From Candidatus Bathyarchaeota archaeon (lineage in GTDB: Archaea; Thermoproteota; Bathyarchaeia; 40CM-2-53-6): DNA of 64,000 nucleotides. The DNA is taken from contig CAVSBL010000002.1 in the NCBI GenBank assembly GCA_963726255.1, positions 1,728,001 through 1,792,000 on the forward strand, given 5' to 3'. A model generated the notes under the pieces. The model was not told where the DNA came from. It saw only the letters and a list, made by a program, of their open reading frames with translations, and did not search any database. A program made the position numbers and the translations under genes. This document shows positions 46,623 to 55,601 of the stretch, piece by piece; the stretch's first letter is position 1, and every line of letters starts with the position of its first letter.

Positions 46623-47375
46623 TTACAATTGACTCTTCTTCTTGATAGCCTCCAAGCTCACTGAGAGATCTTCAGCCACACGAAGAATGTGCTTCGATGT
46701 ATCCACAGGTGTCCCTTTGAAAGCTCGGGCCCGCAACGTGTTTTCCATTTGGCCTTCGATCTCTTCTGTTCTCAGTTCAAAGACTCCGTCGGCGCTTGTC
46801 ATCACCGATGTGTACAAGGCATCAGAATGCACTCCGCGGACAAATCCGTCAATTACAATTCTTCCCTTTGTAACAAACCTGGAAATCCATGTTCGATAGA
46901 ACTTGAGGAAGCTCTTTTCGTCAGAGGCCTCCACAACCTCGGAAACGTTGTCAAAAAGTCTAACGCTTCCCGGCGCCCACTGGTCGAGAGACTTACTCGA
47001 GATTAGGCTAATGTCCGCTATGTTGAGGGATGGGAAATGGTATCTCTCAGTCGATTGGCGGCCAGTTTTGAAGGTGAATGCGTCAGAAAGAACCAAACGC
47101 TCATCCGTCTCGAAAGGAGACGTGTCCAAACCATGCCTGCGAAAATTATCACGAATCTCTGATAATTGTTTTGAGGTTGATATGTAGAGAACCTCCGTTC
47201 CCTTTCGAAGCATTTCCGCCACCATATTCAAAATGAGCATCAACCATTGCGAGTCCGCGTCGAATATGAACACAAGAACTTGTCCAGCTTTCACAGGACG
47301 TTTCAGCAGTTGCCCAATGACGGGCAATTCAACTTGCACGGTACTCTCAGACTCGGCGGTCAAACAGGCGCTCAA
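46623..47375 (-). CDS. RAD55/KaiC-fold protein with degenerate Walker A
   Basis: IFDADSQW at the P-loop position; FDNVS, GVHS, ADGVFEL; paralog of 5720-6421. Confidence 0.8.
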   Translation of the reverse strand: MSACLTAESESTVQVELPVIGQLLKRPVKAGQVLVFIFDADSQWLMLILNMVAEMLRKGTEVLYISTSKQLSEIRDNFRRHGLDTSPFETDERLVLSDAFTFKTGRQSTERYHFPSLNIADISLISSKSLDQWAPGSVRLFDNVSEVVEASDEKSFLKFYRTWISRFVTKGRIVIDGFVRGVHSDALYTSVMTSADGVFELRTEEIEGQMENTLRARAFKGTPVDTSKHILRVAEDLSVSLEAIKKKSQL

Positions 47376-47488
47376 CTGCCTCGTAGATTGGAAAATCCTC
47401 AGTAACAGTTAGAGATTTGGTGAGTGCATGTAACGTTTCCGGTGCATCCCTAGCGAACTATCATTCACAGGTCGTCTTTTATTTTGTG

Positions 47489-47560
47489 TGTGTGGGTATG
47501 TTGGTGCGAGCACCGTAATTTGAACTGTCATTTTTGTCTGTGCGCACCACCGACCCGCAC
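47489..47560. repeat. tRNA-3'-end-like repeat, copy 3, plus an inverted partial copy
   Basis: Minus strand AGTTCAAATTACGGTGCTCGCACCA (47502-47526) followed by ACATACCCACA; plus strand CGCACCACCGACCCGCAC at 47543-47560. Confidence 0.65.
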
Positions 47561-47572
47561 ATGAAAAACGCG

Positions 47573-47653
47573 AAAAGTCATGCATTGAATGTTCTAGTCT
47601 CCGTTGACGCTAACGCCGCAGGCCTACCGCTCTCCCAGTCCCACGCCACATCG
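47573..47653 (-). repeat. diverged duplicate of the 3' end of the beta-propeller gene (49899-49979)
   Basis: Ungapped manual alignment gives 66/81 identical nt; encodes DVAWDWESGRPAALASTETRTFNA*. Confidence 0.85.
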
Positions 47654-47824
47654 AATTCATCCCACTCCTCAACGATCTTTGCGGACTTGATACGAACTGG
47701 CAGTTCCTGTAGTAGCGGTGGAGGACAGGACTATTATCCCATTGCGCCGCAATGGCTATTCCGTAGACGAGGCGAATCTGCGGGTGTTAAGGAGCCTTGA
47801 TCATTCATTTGGGGAGGTGAAATC

Positions 47825-48064
47825 ACGTCTGCTGAGAAAGACCCCGTCAGAGATTTGTTGAAGCTTTATGCATACGGGTCGTTGGCAAATCTCTGGATAA
47901 GTCTAGCAACGATGGAGCCGCTGCCTGAGGACGAAGCGAAGGCACTTCTCCGAGTCCAAGATGCGGTCGTCAAAGAGTTCGAGAAGACCCTCACTCGTTA
48001 CTTAGATTTCCCATCGATGAAGGCGTTTGGGGAGTATGTAACCAGGTACAAAGCCCGGATTTGA
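47825..48064 (+). CDS. small helical hypothetical protein, ACG at the expected start position
   Basis: GGAGGTGA-AATC-ACG, in frame with the 47855 TTG ORF. Confidence 0.55.
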   Translation, partial: TSAEKDPVRDLLKLYAYGSLANLWISLATMEPLPEDEAKALLRVQDAVVKEFEKTLTRYLDFPSMKAFGEYVTRYKARI

Positions 48065-48274
48065 CAATCCGTTCAACTGTCAAACATCACGCAAGAGGGC
48101 GCCATGATGACCGGCCTCATTTCGTCTTTTTTCTGACTCTGTCTAACGATCCTGCCTCCATCCTCGACCGTGTGCGCGCGCAGTGTTCTTTGGTTTCCCC
48201 GTTGGTGGGCGGAATGCTTCTTAGAAGCTCATGCTGAATATTTGCTCACGGACCTTATGTGGGCAATAATGAGC

Positions 48275-49717
48275 CTAGTAGAGTTTGTCCTTGTCCAGCA
48301 TTAGCTCCGTCTCTACGTACCTTCGGCCGTACATCTTCTTCACTATTAGGAATCGGCGAGCTCTTTCCCTTAACTCCCTTTCGTAGATTTCGATTATTCC
48401 ATCGAACAGATCCATGATTGTTTGTGTATCCTGTTTGGATGATATCATTGGGTTGAGGACTCCGAGAATCGTGAAACCTTCCGCTTTCCGTTTGCCGATA
48501 AAGTCATCCAACCATTTTCGGGTCATCAGGGCTTTGTGCTCAAGCAATACGTCTGAGAGGAGGTCTATGATGATTAATCTGCTCGGACTGGTTTTTGGCA
48601 ACGTCTCCACGGCTTTTGCGAAGGAGATGTTCACATCGCTCAGATTCTGAACGCTTTGTATCTTGAAGACGTTTGCACTCGGAGGGGTGATTTTGTCCGC
48701 CTGCGGGCTGAACACGTAAAAATTCTTCTCATATCGACTTGCATAGTCCTGTGTTTTGCCCAAGTCACGAGACATGAAGAACACCGAACTTCCCATCGAA
48801 AGGCCAGACTCGATGATCTTCCTGAACAGCAAATCCCTTTCATCGCAGGGTGGAGAAACGATTAGAATTGCGAAGCCGACCGGTAAGCCTCCGGCTAATA
48901 GGGCATCTAGTTCGGCATAGCCTGTGGAAATATTCTGTGCCGCTGGCATTAACTTCAGATGAGGGCCTTCAGGCTTCACTTCTTTTACAGTCTCCTCTTT
49001 CAGGACCGCCTTCAGTCCCGTTTGTGACTTTCCCCGCCTCATGAACAGCATAACCGAAGCTATCAGACCTACTGCAACAATCACTCCGATTATGCCGAAC
49101 GTTCCGAAAGGTAGATTGTTCGACGTGACCGTTGTGCCTTGGCTTTGAGTCAGTTGAGCGCTTTGAGTGAGCTGGGTGCTTTGAGTGGGTTGAGTGTTCT
49201 GAGTGAGTTGAGTTGATGTTACGATTACGCGCGAAGAGGCTCCGGTCGTGACTAGAATTACCGAAGCTGGGAAGGCCAATTCAACCTTCGCAAAACCACC
49301 CGTGAGGTGACCGGGCTTGCTGGTTAGTACGAAAACGAAATAATAAGTGCCATTTGCCGGCAGGGTGAGGGAGCGGTAAGAATTGTCGTGGCCGACCGAG
49401 TTCAATTCGCTGAAGAGGGGCCTTGAACTTGGTGGGAGACTGCAGTTTGGGTTTTGGATGGTACTATAATCTTGTTGGGACAGAATGTAAAAATTGACTG
49501 CTGCATCCGACCCGAAAGTTCCTACGATCTGCCTCCCCGCTTGTGCTGAGAAGGCCAGCGAAATTTCGGAACACTGGCCTGAGGGGGGTTCAGTAATGGT
49601 CGTCGTGGTCGTTATAGTGGCTGATTGACTGTTCGCATTCTGCAAAGACAATAACGAGACGAAAAGCGCTGCAAGCAGAAGATACGAAAACAGACTCTTG
49701 GACTTCATGTTGACCAC
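48275..49717 (-). CDS. signal peptide, extracellular domain, TM and cytoplasmic degenerate RAD55/KaiC domain
   Basis: ISTGYAELDALLAGGLP, SPPCDERD at Walker A, IIIDLLS, FDGIIEI; TM FGIIGVIVAVGLIASVMLFM followed by RRGK. Confidence 0.85.
   Translation of the reverse strand: MVNMKSKSLFSYLLLAALFVSLLSLQNANSQSATITTTTTITEPPSGQCSEISLAFSAQAGRQIVGTFGSDAAVNFYILSQQDYSTIQNPNCSLPPSSRPLFSELNSVGHDNSYRSLTLPANGTYYFVFVLTSKPGHLTGGFAKVELAFPASVILVTTGASSRVIVTSTQLTQNTQPTQSTQLTQSAQLTQSQGTTVTSNNLPFGTFGIIGVIVAVGLIASVMLFMRRGKSQTGLKAVLKEETVKEVKPEGPHLKLMPAAQNISTGYAELDALLAGGLPVGFAILIVSPPCDERDLLFRKIIESGLSMGSSVFFMSRDLGKTQDYASRYEKNFYVFSPQADKITPPSANVFKIQSVQNLSDVNISFAKAVETLPKTSPSRLIIIDLLSDVLLEHKALMTRKWLDDFIGKRKAEGFTILGVLNPMISSKQDTQTIMDLFDGIIEIYERELRERARRFLIVKKMYGRRYVETELMLDKDKLY
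49142..49213 (-). repeat. intragenic 9-bp tandem repeat (8 units) encoding a TQx stalk
   Basis: TQLTQNTQPTQSTQLTQSAQLTQS. Confidence 0.8.
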
Positions 49718-49903
49718 CTTGATGCGCTAGCTGAAACATCGGAGGAATTCACTATCTCCAATACGACGCTAATGTGTCTTTCGAACGCCCCAAAGGCTCA
49801 GTAGATCAACAATTTGTCAGTACTCGTCCCTACTATCACTCAATTAAGAACGAAATCAAAGAGAGTACGCTCGACGCCGATGGTTGAAGACGTGAATCAA
49901 AAG

Positions 49904-50833
49904 TCACGCATTGAATGTTCGGGTCTCTGTTGACGCTAACGCCGCGAGCCTAGCACCTTTCCAATCCGATTCCACATCGCTAAAGAAGAATCCAGCGTCA
50001 CTGAAGATCGTGTTCAAGGATCTGCCGTCCCAGAGGAAGATAGTGCCCTTAGCCATGCCGGCCTGTCCGGTTGCGGTTACGATAGCCGCAAGGTCTGCAG
50101 AGGGTTTCCATGCAACGGCAACGGGGTAGACGTGCTTATTGTCAAATTGGACGGGTGAAAGCGTCGATCCGTTTAAGATTCCGATGAATCCATTATGCCA
50201 GACAACATCATACCCTACAACCAACGCCGACTCTCCATTCCATTTCCAATCCACCCCGATGAGGTCTGCGCGTCCTTCGTTCAGGGGTTTTACAATGTTC
50301 GTTTCCGGCTCGTAATTGAAGAGGTTCGGCGAAGGGATGAATTCCTCGGCGAAACAATTGGATGCGATGAGTGCGCCCTCGGATTTTGGCCGCCACGAAA
50401 TGTCCCGCAGGTTCGCCCTTCCCGCGTCGACCGGCACAACCTCTCCCCTCGAAAACTTGAGCAAGGTTCCGTTGTTTCCGGCCAACAGGGCTATCGACCC
50501 GTCATGGTTCCATGCGACTGCACGCAGGTTTTCGAACGTAGGCACTGGTACCTTCGTGAACCGTTCTCCCTCCAGAAGCAGGGCCGTCCCACCGTTGCCA
50601 ACGATCAGCGCGCGATCATCTGTCGGGTTTACAGACACGGCCCGGAGATTATGCCGTGTCCCAGAATCAAGGGGAACAGGCCCATCCTCCCGAACCTTTA
50701 GAACTCGACCACCATTGCCCACAACGATCGGAAAACGATCCTGACGATCCCAGGCTAGCCCGCGAAGGTGGCCTTGCAGGATTTTTGTGCGCAGGTTCTG
50801 ACCGTCGTAATAGAGCAGCTTCGAAGCCAACAA
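49904..50833 (-). CDS. beta-propeller (WD40/YCF48-like) repeat protein
   Basis: Repeated NLRxVxW...ALxxGNxGT blades. Confidence 0.8.
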   Translation of the reverse strand: MLASKLLYYDGQNLRTKILQGHLRGLAWDRQDRFPIVVGNGGRVLKVREDGPVPLDSGTRHNLRAVSVNPTDDRALIVGNGGTALLLEGERFTKVPVPTFENLRAVAWNHDGSIALLAGNNGTLLKFSRGEVVPVDAGRANLRDISWRPKSEGALIASNCFAEEFIPSPNLFNYEPETNIVKPLNEGRADLIGVDWKWNGESALVVGYDVVWHNGFIGILNGSTLSPVQFDNKHVYPVAVAWKPSADLAAIVTATGQAGMAKGTIFLWDGRSLNTIFSDAGFFFSDVESDWKGARLAALASTETRTFNA

Positions 50834-50858
50834 TTCACAATCCTAAGCTCAGTAAACC

Positions 50859-51269
50859 TTGACCGGGACGCCCAGCCCAAAAGTAGATTTGAAAGCAATA
50901 TTAAGAATGGGACAAGTGCCACGCAACATGCCCAAGAGCAGAACCCACAGTCCGCGAACAGTTGAACTGTATTCTGAACGACCCATTAACACGGAAGAGG
51001 ATTTGCTGGTTTACATTGAGGCATTGGACGAAGATGAAGGAGTCAGAATCGAGGGAAACCTCAAGAACCATGAGAATGGCGGGTTCATTTTCGTCGGAAC
51101 CTACAGGGGCAGCTACTGCGTTAACATCTGCGACAAGGTGTGGGCCCCTAAGCTAAGGCGGTACATAGCCGGCGAGAAGGATGAATGGTACTACTTCGAC
51201 AAGGGAAAAGAGGCATTCCGCTTCGCCTTGAAAGAAGCAAAAAAGCCCCTACGGGCTTGGCTATACTAG
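50859..51269 (+). CDS. hypothetical protein; start probably downstream
   Basis: Fills the intergenic space; globular composition. Confidence 0.6.
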   Translation: MTGTPSPKVDLKAILRMGQVPRNMPKSRTHSPRTVELYSERPINTEEDLLVYIEALDEDEGVRIEGNLKNHENGGFIFVGTYRGSYCVNICDKVWAPKLRRYIAGEKDEWYYFDKGKEAFRFALKEAKKPLRAWLY

Positions 51270-51345
51270 GACGTTCGCGACTAAGGTACATTTTCTGCGC
51301 TAGATCAGTTGCCCTTGGCTATGCGGTTCGAACAGCAGGGTTATC

Positions 51346-52425
51346 CTAGTCCTTGGTTGGAAGCGTGACTGTCGCCACTTCGACTTGTGGCTGGCGGAAG
51401 TAATGCTTCTTAGCCCACAGAGCCACATTCACAAGACCAATCAGGACTGGAACTTCGAATAGGGGCCCGATTACGGCGGCGAAGGCCTCGCCAGAATTTA
51501 TTCCGAAGACCCCGACTGCAACCGCTATTGCCAGCTCGAAATTGTTGCTGGCCGCTGTGAAGGATAACGTTGCGGTTTCTGGATAGGAGAAGTTCCATGC
51601 CTTGGACATAATGAATGAGATTGTGAACATGATGAGGAAATAGCAGACGAGTGGTATTGCAATTCGCACAACATCCCAAGGTAGTGCAAGAATATACTCG
51701 CCCTTCAGTGAGAACATGACTACAATCGTGAACAGCAACCCAATCAACGCCGTTGGACTCAGTTTCTCCACAAAGACTTGGTCATACCATTCCTTTCCCT
51801 TCTTGCGTACGAGTGCGTACCTGGTTACTATGCCTGCGATGAATGGGATGCCTAGATAGATGAAGACGGTCTTGGCTATATCCCATATTGAGATCGCAAC
51901 AACTACTCCTGAGCCGCGAGCCATCCAAGAGGAAAGAAGTGTAACAAAGAACCACGCATAAACCGAGTATAATGCAACTTGGAAGATTGAATTGAGGGCA
52001 ACGAGAACCGCTGCATACTCGTTGTCGCCTTCGGCGAGCATGTTCCATACAAGGACCATCGCGATGCATCTTGCTAGCCCGACGATGATGATTCCGATTC
52101 TGTACTCGGGCATGTCGGGCAAGAACAGCCACGCGAGGCCGAACATTAGAAAAGGCCCGACGAGCCAGTTCTGGACGAGGGAGACGCTGAACATCTTCCA
52201 AGCCTTTCCAACCTTCGAAAGCTCCTCATACTTCACCCGCGCTAAGGGAGGATACATCATCCACAGTAATCCGACCGCAATTGGAAGAGAAATTGTGCCT
52301 ACACTAAACGTCCCGAGAAGCTTCGGAAGTTGTGGAAAAACAGCGCCTGTGCCTACCCCTATGGCCATTGCTAGGAAAATCCAGAGGGTGAGAAATCTGT
52401 CGAGCAACGAAAGGCGTTGTGCCAT
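51346..52425 (-). CDS. acr3: ACR3 family arsenite efflux transporter
   Basis: [41 protein letters not shown]. Confidence 0.96.
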   Translation of the reverse strand: MAQRLSLLDRFLTLWIFLAMAIGVGTGAVFPQLPKLLGTFSVGTISLPIAVGLLWMMYPPLARVKYEELSKVGKAWKMFSVSLVQNWLVGPFLMFGLAWLFLPDMPEYRIGIIIVGLARCIAMVLVWNMLAEGDNEYAAVLVALNSIFQVALYSVYAWFFVTLLSSWMARGSGVVVAISIWDIAKTVFIYLGIPFIAGIVTRYALVRKKGKEWYDQVFVEKLSPTALIGLLFTIVVMFSLKGEYILALPWDVVRIAIPLVCYFLIMFTISFIMSKAWNFSYPETATLSFTAASNNFELAIAVAVGVFGINSGEAFAAVIGPLFEVPVLIGLVNVALWAKKHYFRQPQVEVATVTLPTKD

Positions 52426-52473
52426 TTTTTCCGAAACTCGTGAATCTGTGCGCTGACCGCCTAATGGGAATGG

Positions 52474-53205
52474 TCAGCTAGGTTTCGTAGCCTTCCAGAT
52501 CATGCTCTTCACGCTAAGCCGCTTAGACTCCATTTCCTGGTTTATCGCGTGAGACTCATCTGATCCCTCGATTTCTGTGAACCCTGTCTTTTCGAGGATG
52601 CCTTTGTACTCGTTGAATGTAACCGCCCCTGCTATGCAAGCCGCCCATTCTTCCGGCTTGATTTCCTTTCGGCCTTCTTGAGTTGCCACCATATCTGACA
52701 CAGAAATTTTCCCGCCAGGTTTGAGGACGCGGTATATCTCTCTGAACGCTAACTCCTTGTCTGGAACCAAGTTCAGGACGCAGTTGCTTATGACTAGGTC
52801 CACCGAGTTACTCTCGATTGGCATGTGTTCGATTTCCCCAAGTCGAAATTCCACATTCTTGTAATCATACTTCTTGGCAGTTTCTCGTGCCCTGAAAATC
52901 ATCTCGGGCGTGGCATCAAGGCCGATAACGCGGCCTTCTTCCCCGACAAGTTTCGAACCGCGGAAGACGTCAACCCCTCCCCCGCTGCCCAGGTCTAGCA
53001 CTGCCTCTCCTCCTCGAACCTGCACATGCGTTAAGGGGCTCCCACAACTCGCCGCCACGCTCAGAGCCTCGCTCGGGAGAGCTTCCTCCGTCGAGCTTGT
53101 TGCGCAGCACGAACCCTCGGAGCCGCTTCCGCAGCACGGTTCATTCAGTACAGCCAGTTCGCTGTAGTGTTTTCTTACCGCTTCCTTGATTTGTTCCTCA
53201 CTCAA
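52474..53205 (-). CDS. arsM: arsenite methyltransferase
   Basis: CC, SCGSP, LDLGSGGGVD, ISNCVLNL, ACIAGA. Confidence 0.9.
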   Translation of the reverse strand: MSEEQIKEAVRKHYSELAVLNEPCCGSGSEGSCCATSSTEEALPSEALSVAASCGSPLTHVQVRGGEAVLDLGSGGGVDVFRGSKLVGEEGRVIGLDATPEMIFRARETAKKYDYKNVEFRLGEIEHMPIESNSVDLVISNCVLNLVPDKELAFREIYRVLKPGGKISVSDMVATQEGRKEIKPEEWAACIAGAVTFNEYKGILEKTGFTEIEGSDESHAINQEMESKRLSVKSMIWKATKPS

Positions 53206-53233
53206 AGTTGCTCACCGCTGAGGTATTAGAACA

Positions 53234-53257
53234 ACATATTTAAGTACATTGATATGT
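53234..53257. promoter_or_regulatory. probable ArsR operator overlapping a TATA-like box of the divergent ars promoters
   Basis: ACATATTTAAGTACATTGATATGT: 18 of 24 positions dyad-symmetric; contains TTTAAG. Confidence 0.65.
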
Positions 53258-53274
53258 AGGCTCTTCTGGTCAAC

Positions 53275-53673
53275 ATGAGCACCACAATCGCCCAAGCAAG
53301 AATGAAACGCCTCGTAAGCCTCGGACTGGTCCAGTCTAATTGCACGCCCAGTGAACGGATCACGCAGCTGAAATCGCGAATAAGGGAGGAGGATGCCACG
53401 TTTCGAGAATTGAAGGCCTTCTTCTCCGCGCTTGGCGATTCTACGAGGCTGAAGATGCTTAGGCTAATTGGCGATGAGGAGTTATGTTCCTGCGAAGTTA
53501 TGGCTGCCTTGGAGCTAACGCAGCCAACTACCTCGCACCACCTAGGCATACTCGAAAGAGCTGGGCTGTTGAGTTCACGTCGTAATGGGAAGTGGGTGTT
53601 TTACAAGATAGCGAACCCGAAAGTCAGGAACCTGATCACGAAAGGCTTCAGCCTAATTGAGGCGACGGATTGA
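53275..53673 (+). CDS. arsR: ArsR/SmtB metalloregulator
   Basis: ALGDSTRLKML, ELCSCE, QPTTSHHL, GKWVFY. Confidence 0.92.
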   Translation: MSTTIAQARMKRLVSLGLVQSNCTPSERITQLKSRIREEDATFRELKAFFSALGDSTRLKMLRLIGDEELCSCEVMAALELTQPTTSHHLGILERAGLLSSRRNGKWVFYKIANPKVRNLITKGFSLIEATD

Positions 53674-54071
53674 TGAAAAAAGCCCTCTTCGTCTGCGTGG
53701 AGAACGCGGGCAGAAGCCAGATGGCTGAGGCAATTGCGCGCTCATACGGAATTGACGCCATCAGTGCAGGCACAATCCCTGCTACGAAAGTTAACCCGAC
53801 CGTTATTGAAGCGATGAAAGAGAGGGGCTTCAACTTATCCTCCACCAAGCCGAAACTTCTCACACCCGAGATGATTGAAGCTGCGGACTATGTTGTTACG
53901 ATGGGCTGCCGTGTTGAGGACGTTTGCCCAAGACCCTTGATTGTCCGGATGGAGAAGAAGCTTGTTGATTGGCACATTGAGGACCCCAAAGGCAAGCCAA
54001 TAGAAGACGTCCGCAAGATACGAAGCGAAATAGAAGAACGCGTTATTGAATTACTTAAGAAACCAGACTAG
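53670..54071 (+). CDS. arsC: arsenate reductase (LMW-PTP/thioredoxin type)
   Basis: CVENAGRSQMAE, TMGC...CP, WHIEDP. Confidence 0.9.
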   Translation: MMKKALFVCVENAGRSQMAEAIARSYGIDAISAGTIPATKVNPTVIEAMKERGFNLSSTKPKLLTPEMIEAADYVVTMGCRVEDVCPRPLIVRMEKKLVDWHIEDPKGKPIEDVRKIRSEIEERVIELLKKPD

Positions 54072-54140
54072 CCCCGCAGATAGTCCAGGGACGAAGTAGG
54101 AAGGAATGCACGACCTAGTTTCTAGGAACATTGCCCAGTG

Positions 54141-54428
54141 TTAGTTGATGGCCTTCAGTTTTGTTTCCATGGTTGCAGCCTTGTCGCGCCTATCATCAAT
54201 CTTTACCGTGGTAACCACCCTTTTTGCACCCGTCTTGACGACGGCTAAGTGAGCGGCCTTCACGGCATCGAGAACCTCGTCAATGGTAGCAGCCTCAATG
54301 GAAGTCGAGTTAGGGCCTGAAATCGTTTTGAGCCCTGACTTTTTCAAACTCTCGACGGCGACGCGGACGAACGGGCCGATGCTTGAGCCTTCCCCGAGTA
54401 CTGAGACGGTGACCTCTGCGATTATCAT
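54141..54428 (-). CDS. MTH1187/thiamine-binding family protein
   Basis: MIIAEV, KRVVTTVKIDDRRDK. Confidence 0.85.
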   Translation of the reverse strand: MIIAEVTVSVLGEGSSIGPFVRVAVESLKKSGLKTISGPNSTSIEAATIDEVLDAVKAAHLAVVKTGAKRVVTTVKIDDRRDKAATMETKLKAIN

Positions 54429-54588
54429 CTTCCAATCGCCCACACTGGGATGGATCCCCCCTCAAATATCTTCGCCGATACAAGCTGTAGCAGCAAGCAA
54501 TTTTGATTGGCGGTTGGAATTGAGCGGTGGATTCGTTAATATCGGACGCTTTGAGGCGTTGGCTTGCAGATAGGTCGGTGGGATTGGA

Positions 54589-55554
54589 GTGAAAGCGATT
54601 CGAGTTCGAGAGTTCGGTGGTCCTGAAGTCATGGTGTTGGAGGATATGCCGGACCTTCATCCTAGCCCGAAGCAGGTTGTGGTCCGGGTGAAGGCTGCGG
54701 GCGTCAACCCCACGGATACCTACACGCGCTCAGGCACCTCGAGGAGGCCCACGTTACCATACACTCCTGGTATAGATGCGGCGGGGATCGTGGAATCCGT
54801 AGGCGAAGGTGTCACTAGCGTGAAGGTTGGCGCACGTGTCTACATTTCTGGCAGCATTAGCGGCGCGTATGCGGAGGAGGCGCTCTGCGAAGAATACCAA
54901 GTACACCCATTGCCTGACAAGGTAACGTTCGCGCAAGGAGCTGGAGTCAACGTCCCTTACGCCACAGCCTACCGGGCGCTCTTCCAACTCGCTAAAGTCA
55001 CTCCGGGAGAATTTGTTCTGGTTCATGGGGCATCTGGCGGCGTCGGCGTCGCGGCGGTACAGTTGGCGCGCGCCGCAGGTATGAAAGTTATTGGAACAGG
55101 CGGTAGTGAACGAGGAAGGAAGTTGGCGCTTGAACAAGGCGCCCATTATGTGTTAGACCATCGTGCGCCCAACTATCTCGACCAAATCCAACCCTTCACC
55201 CAAGGTCACGGCGTCGACGTGATTCTAGAGATGCTTGCCAACGTCAACCTTGACAAGGACCTGAAAATCCTGGCGATGGGTGGACGGGTTGTAGTGATTG
55301 GCAGCAGGGGTAGAATAGAAATTGACCCGAGAGATGCCATGATGCGGGATGCTTCGATTCTGAGCATGCTCCTGTTCAACGTCACGCCTCAACAAGCATC
55401 CGCCATTCACTCTGCCCTGTACGCAGGATTAGAGAACGGGAAGCTAGGCCCTGTTGTAGGGAAGGAAATTCCGCTAGCAGAAGCATCGCGCACACCGCGA
55501 AGTAATGGCGCCCTACGCTTACGGCAAAATCGTCCTCATTCCCTGAACATGTAG
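54589..55554 (+). CDS. NADPH:quinone oxidoreductase (zeta-crystallin/MDR) with a frameshifted C-terminus
   Basis: GVNPTD, PYTPGID, HGASGGVG; canonical tail AHREVMAPYAYGKIVLIP* lies in another frame ending at 55546. Confidence 0.88.
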   Translation: MKAIRVREFGGPEVMVLEDMPDLHPSPKQVVVRVKAAGVNPTDTYTRSGTSRRPTLPYTPGIDAAGIVESVGEGVTSVKVGARVYISGSISGAYAEEALCEEYQVHPLPDKVTFAQGAGVNVPYATAYRALFQLAKVTPGEFVLVHGASGGVGVAAVQLARAAGMKVIGTGGSERGRKLALEQGAHYVLDHRAPNYLDQIQPFTQGHGVDVILEMLANVNLDKDLKILAMGGRVVVIGSRGRIEIDPRDAMMRDASILSMLLFNVTPQQASAIHSALYAGLENGKLGPVVGKEIPLAEASRTPRSNGALRLRQNRPHSLNM

Positions 55555-55601
55555 CCACGCCAAGAGGTTAGGAGTTATCCCACGGCGGCTTTCAACGATT
55601 A

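Noticed and set aside
48104-48136. C/D box sRNA (ATGATGA...CTGA)
   Set aside because: Spacing does not fit the C-D'-C'-D layout; a hairpin plus T-tract terminator after the 48064 stop is a simpler explanation
48203-48228. Fourth tRNA-end-like repeat (minus strand ...CCGCCCACCA)
   Set aside because: T-loop not recognisable, spacing off by one, and no ACCCACA flank
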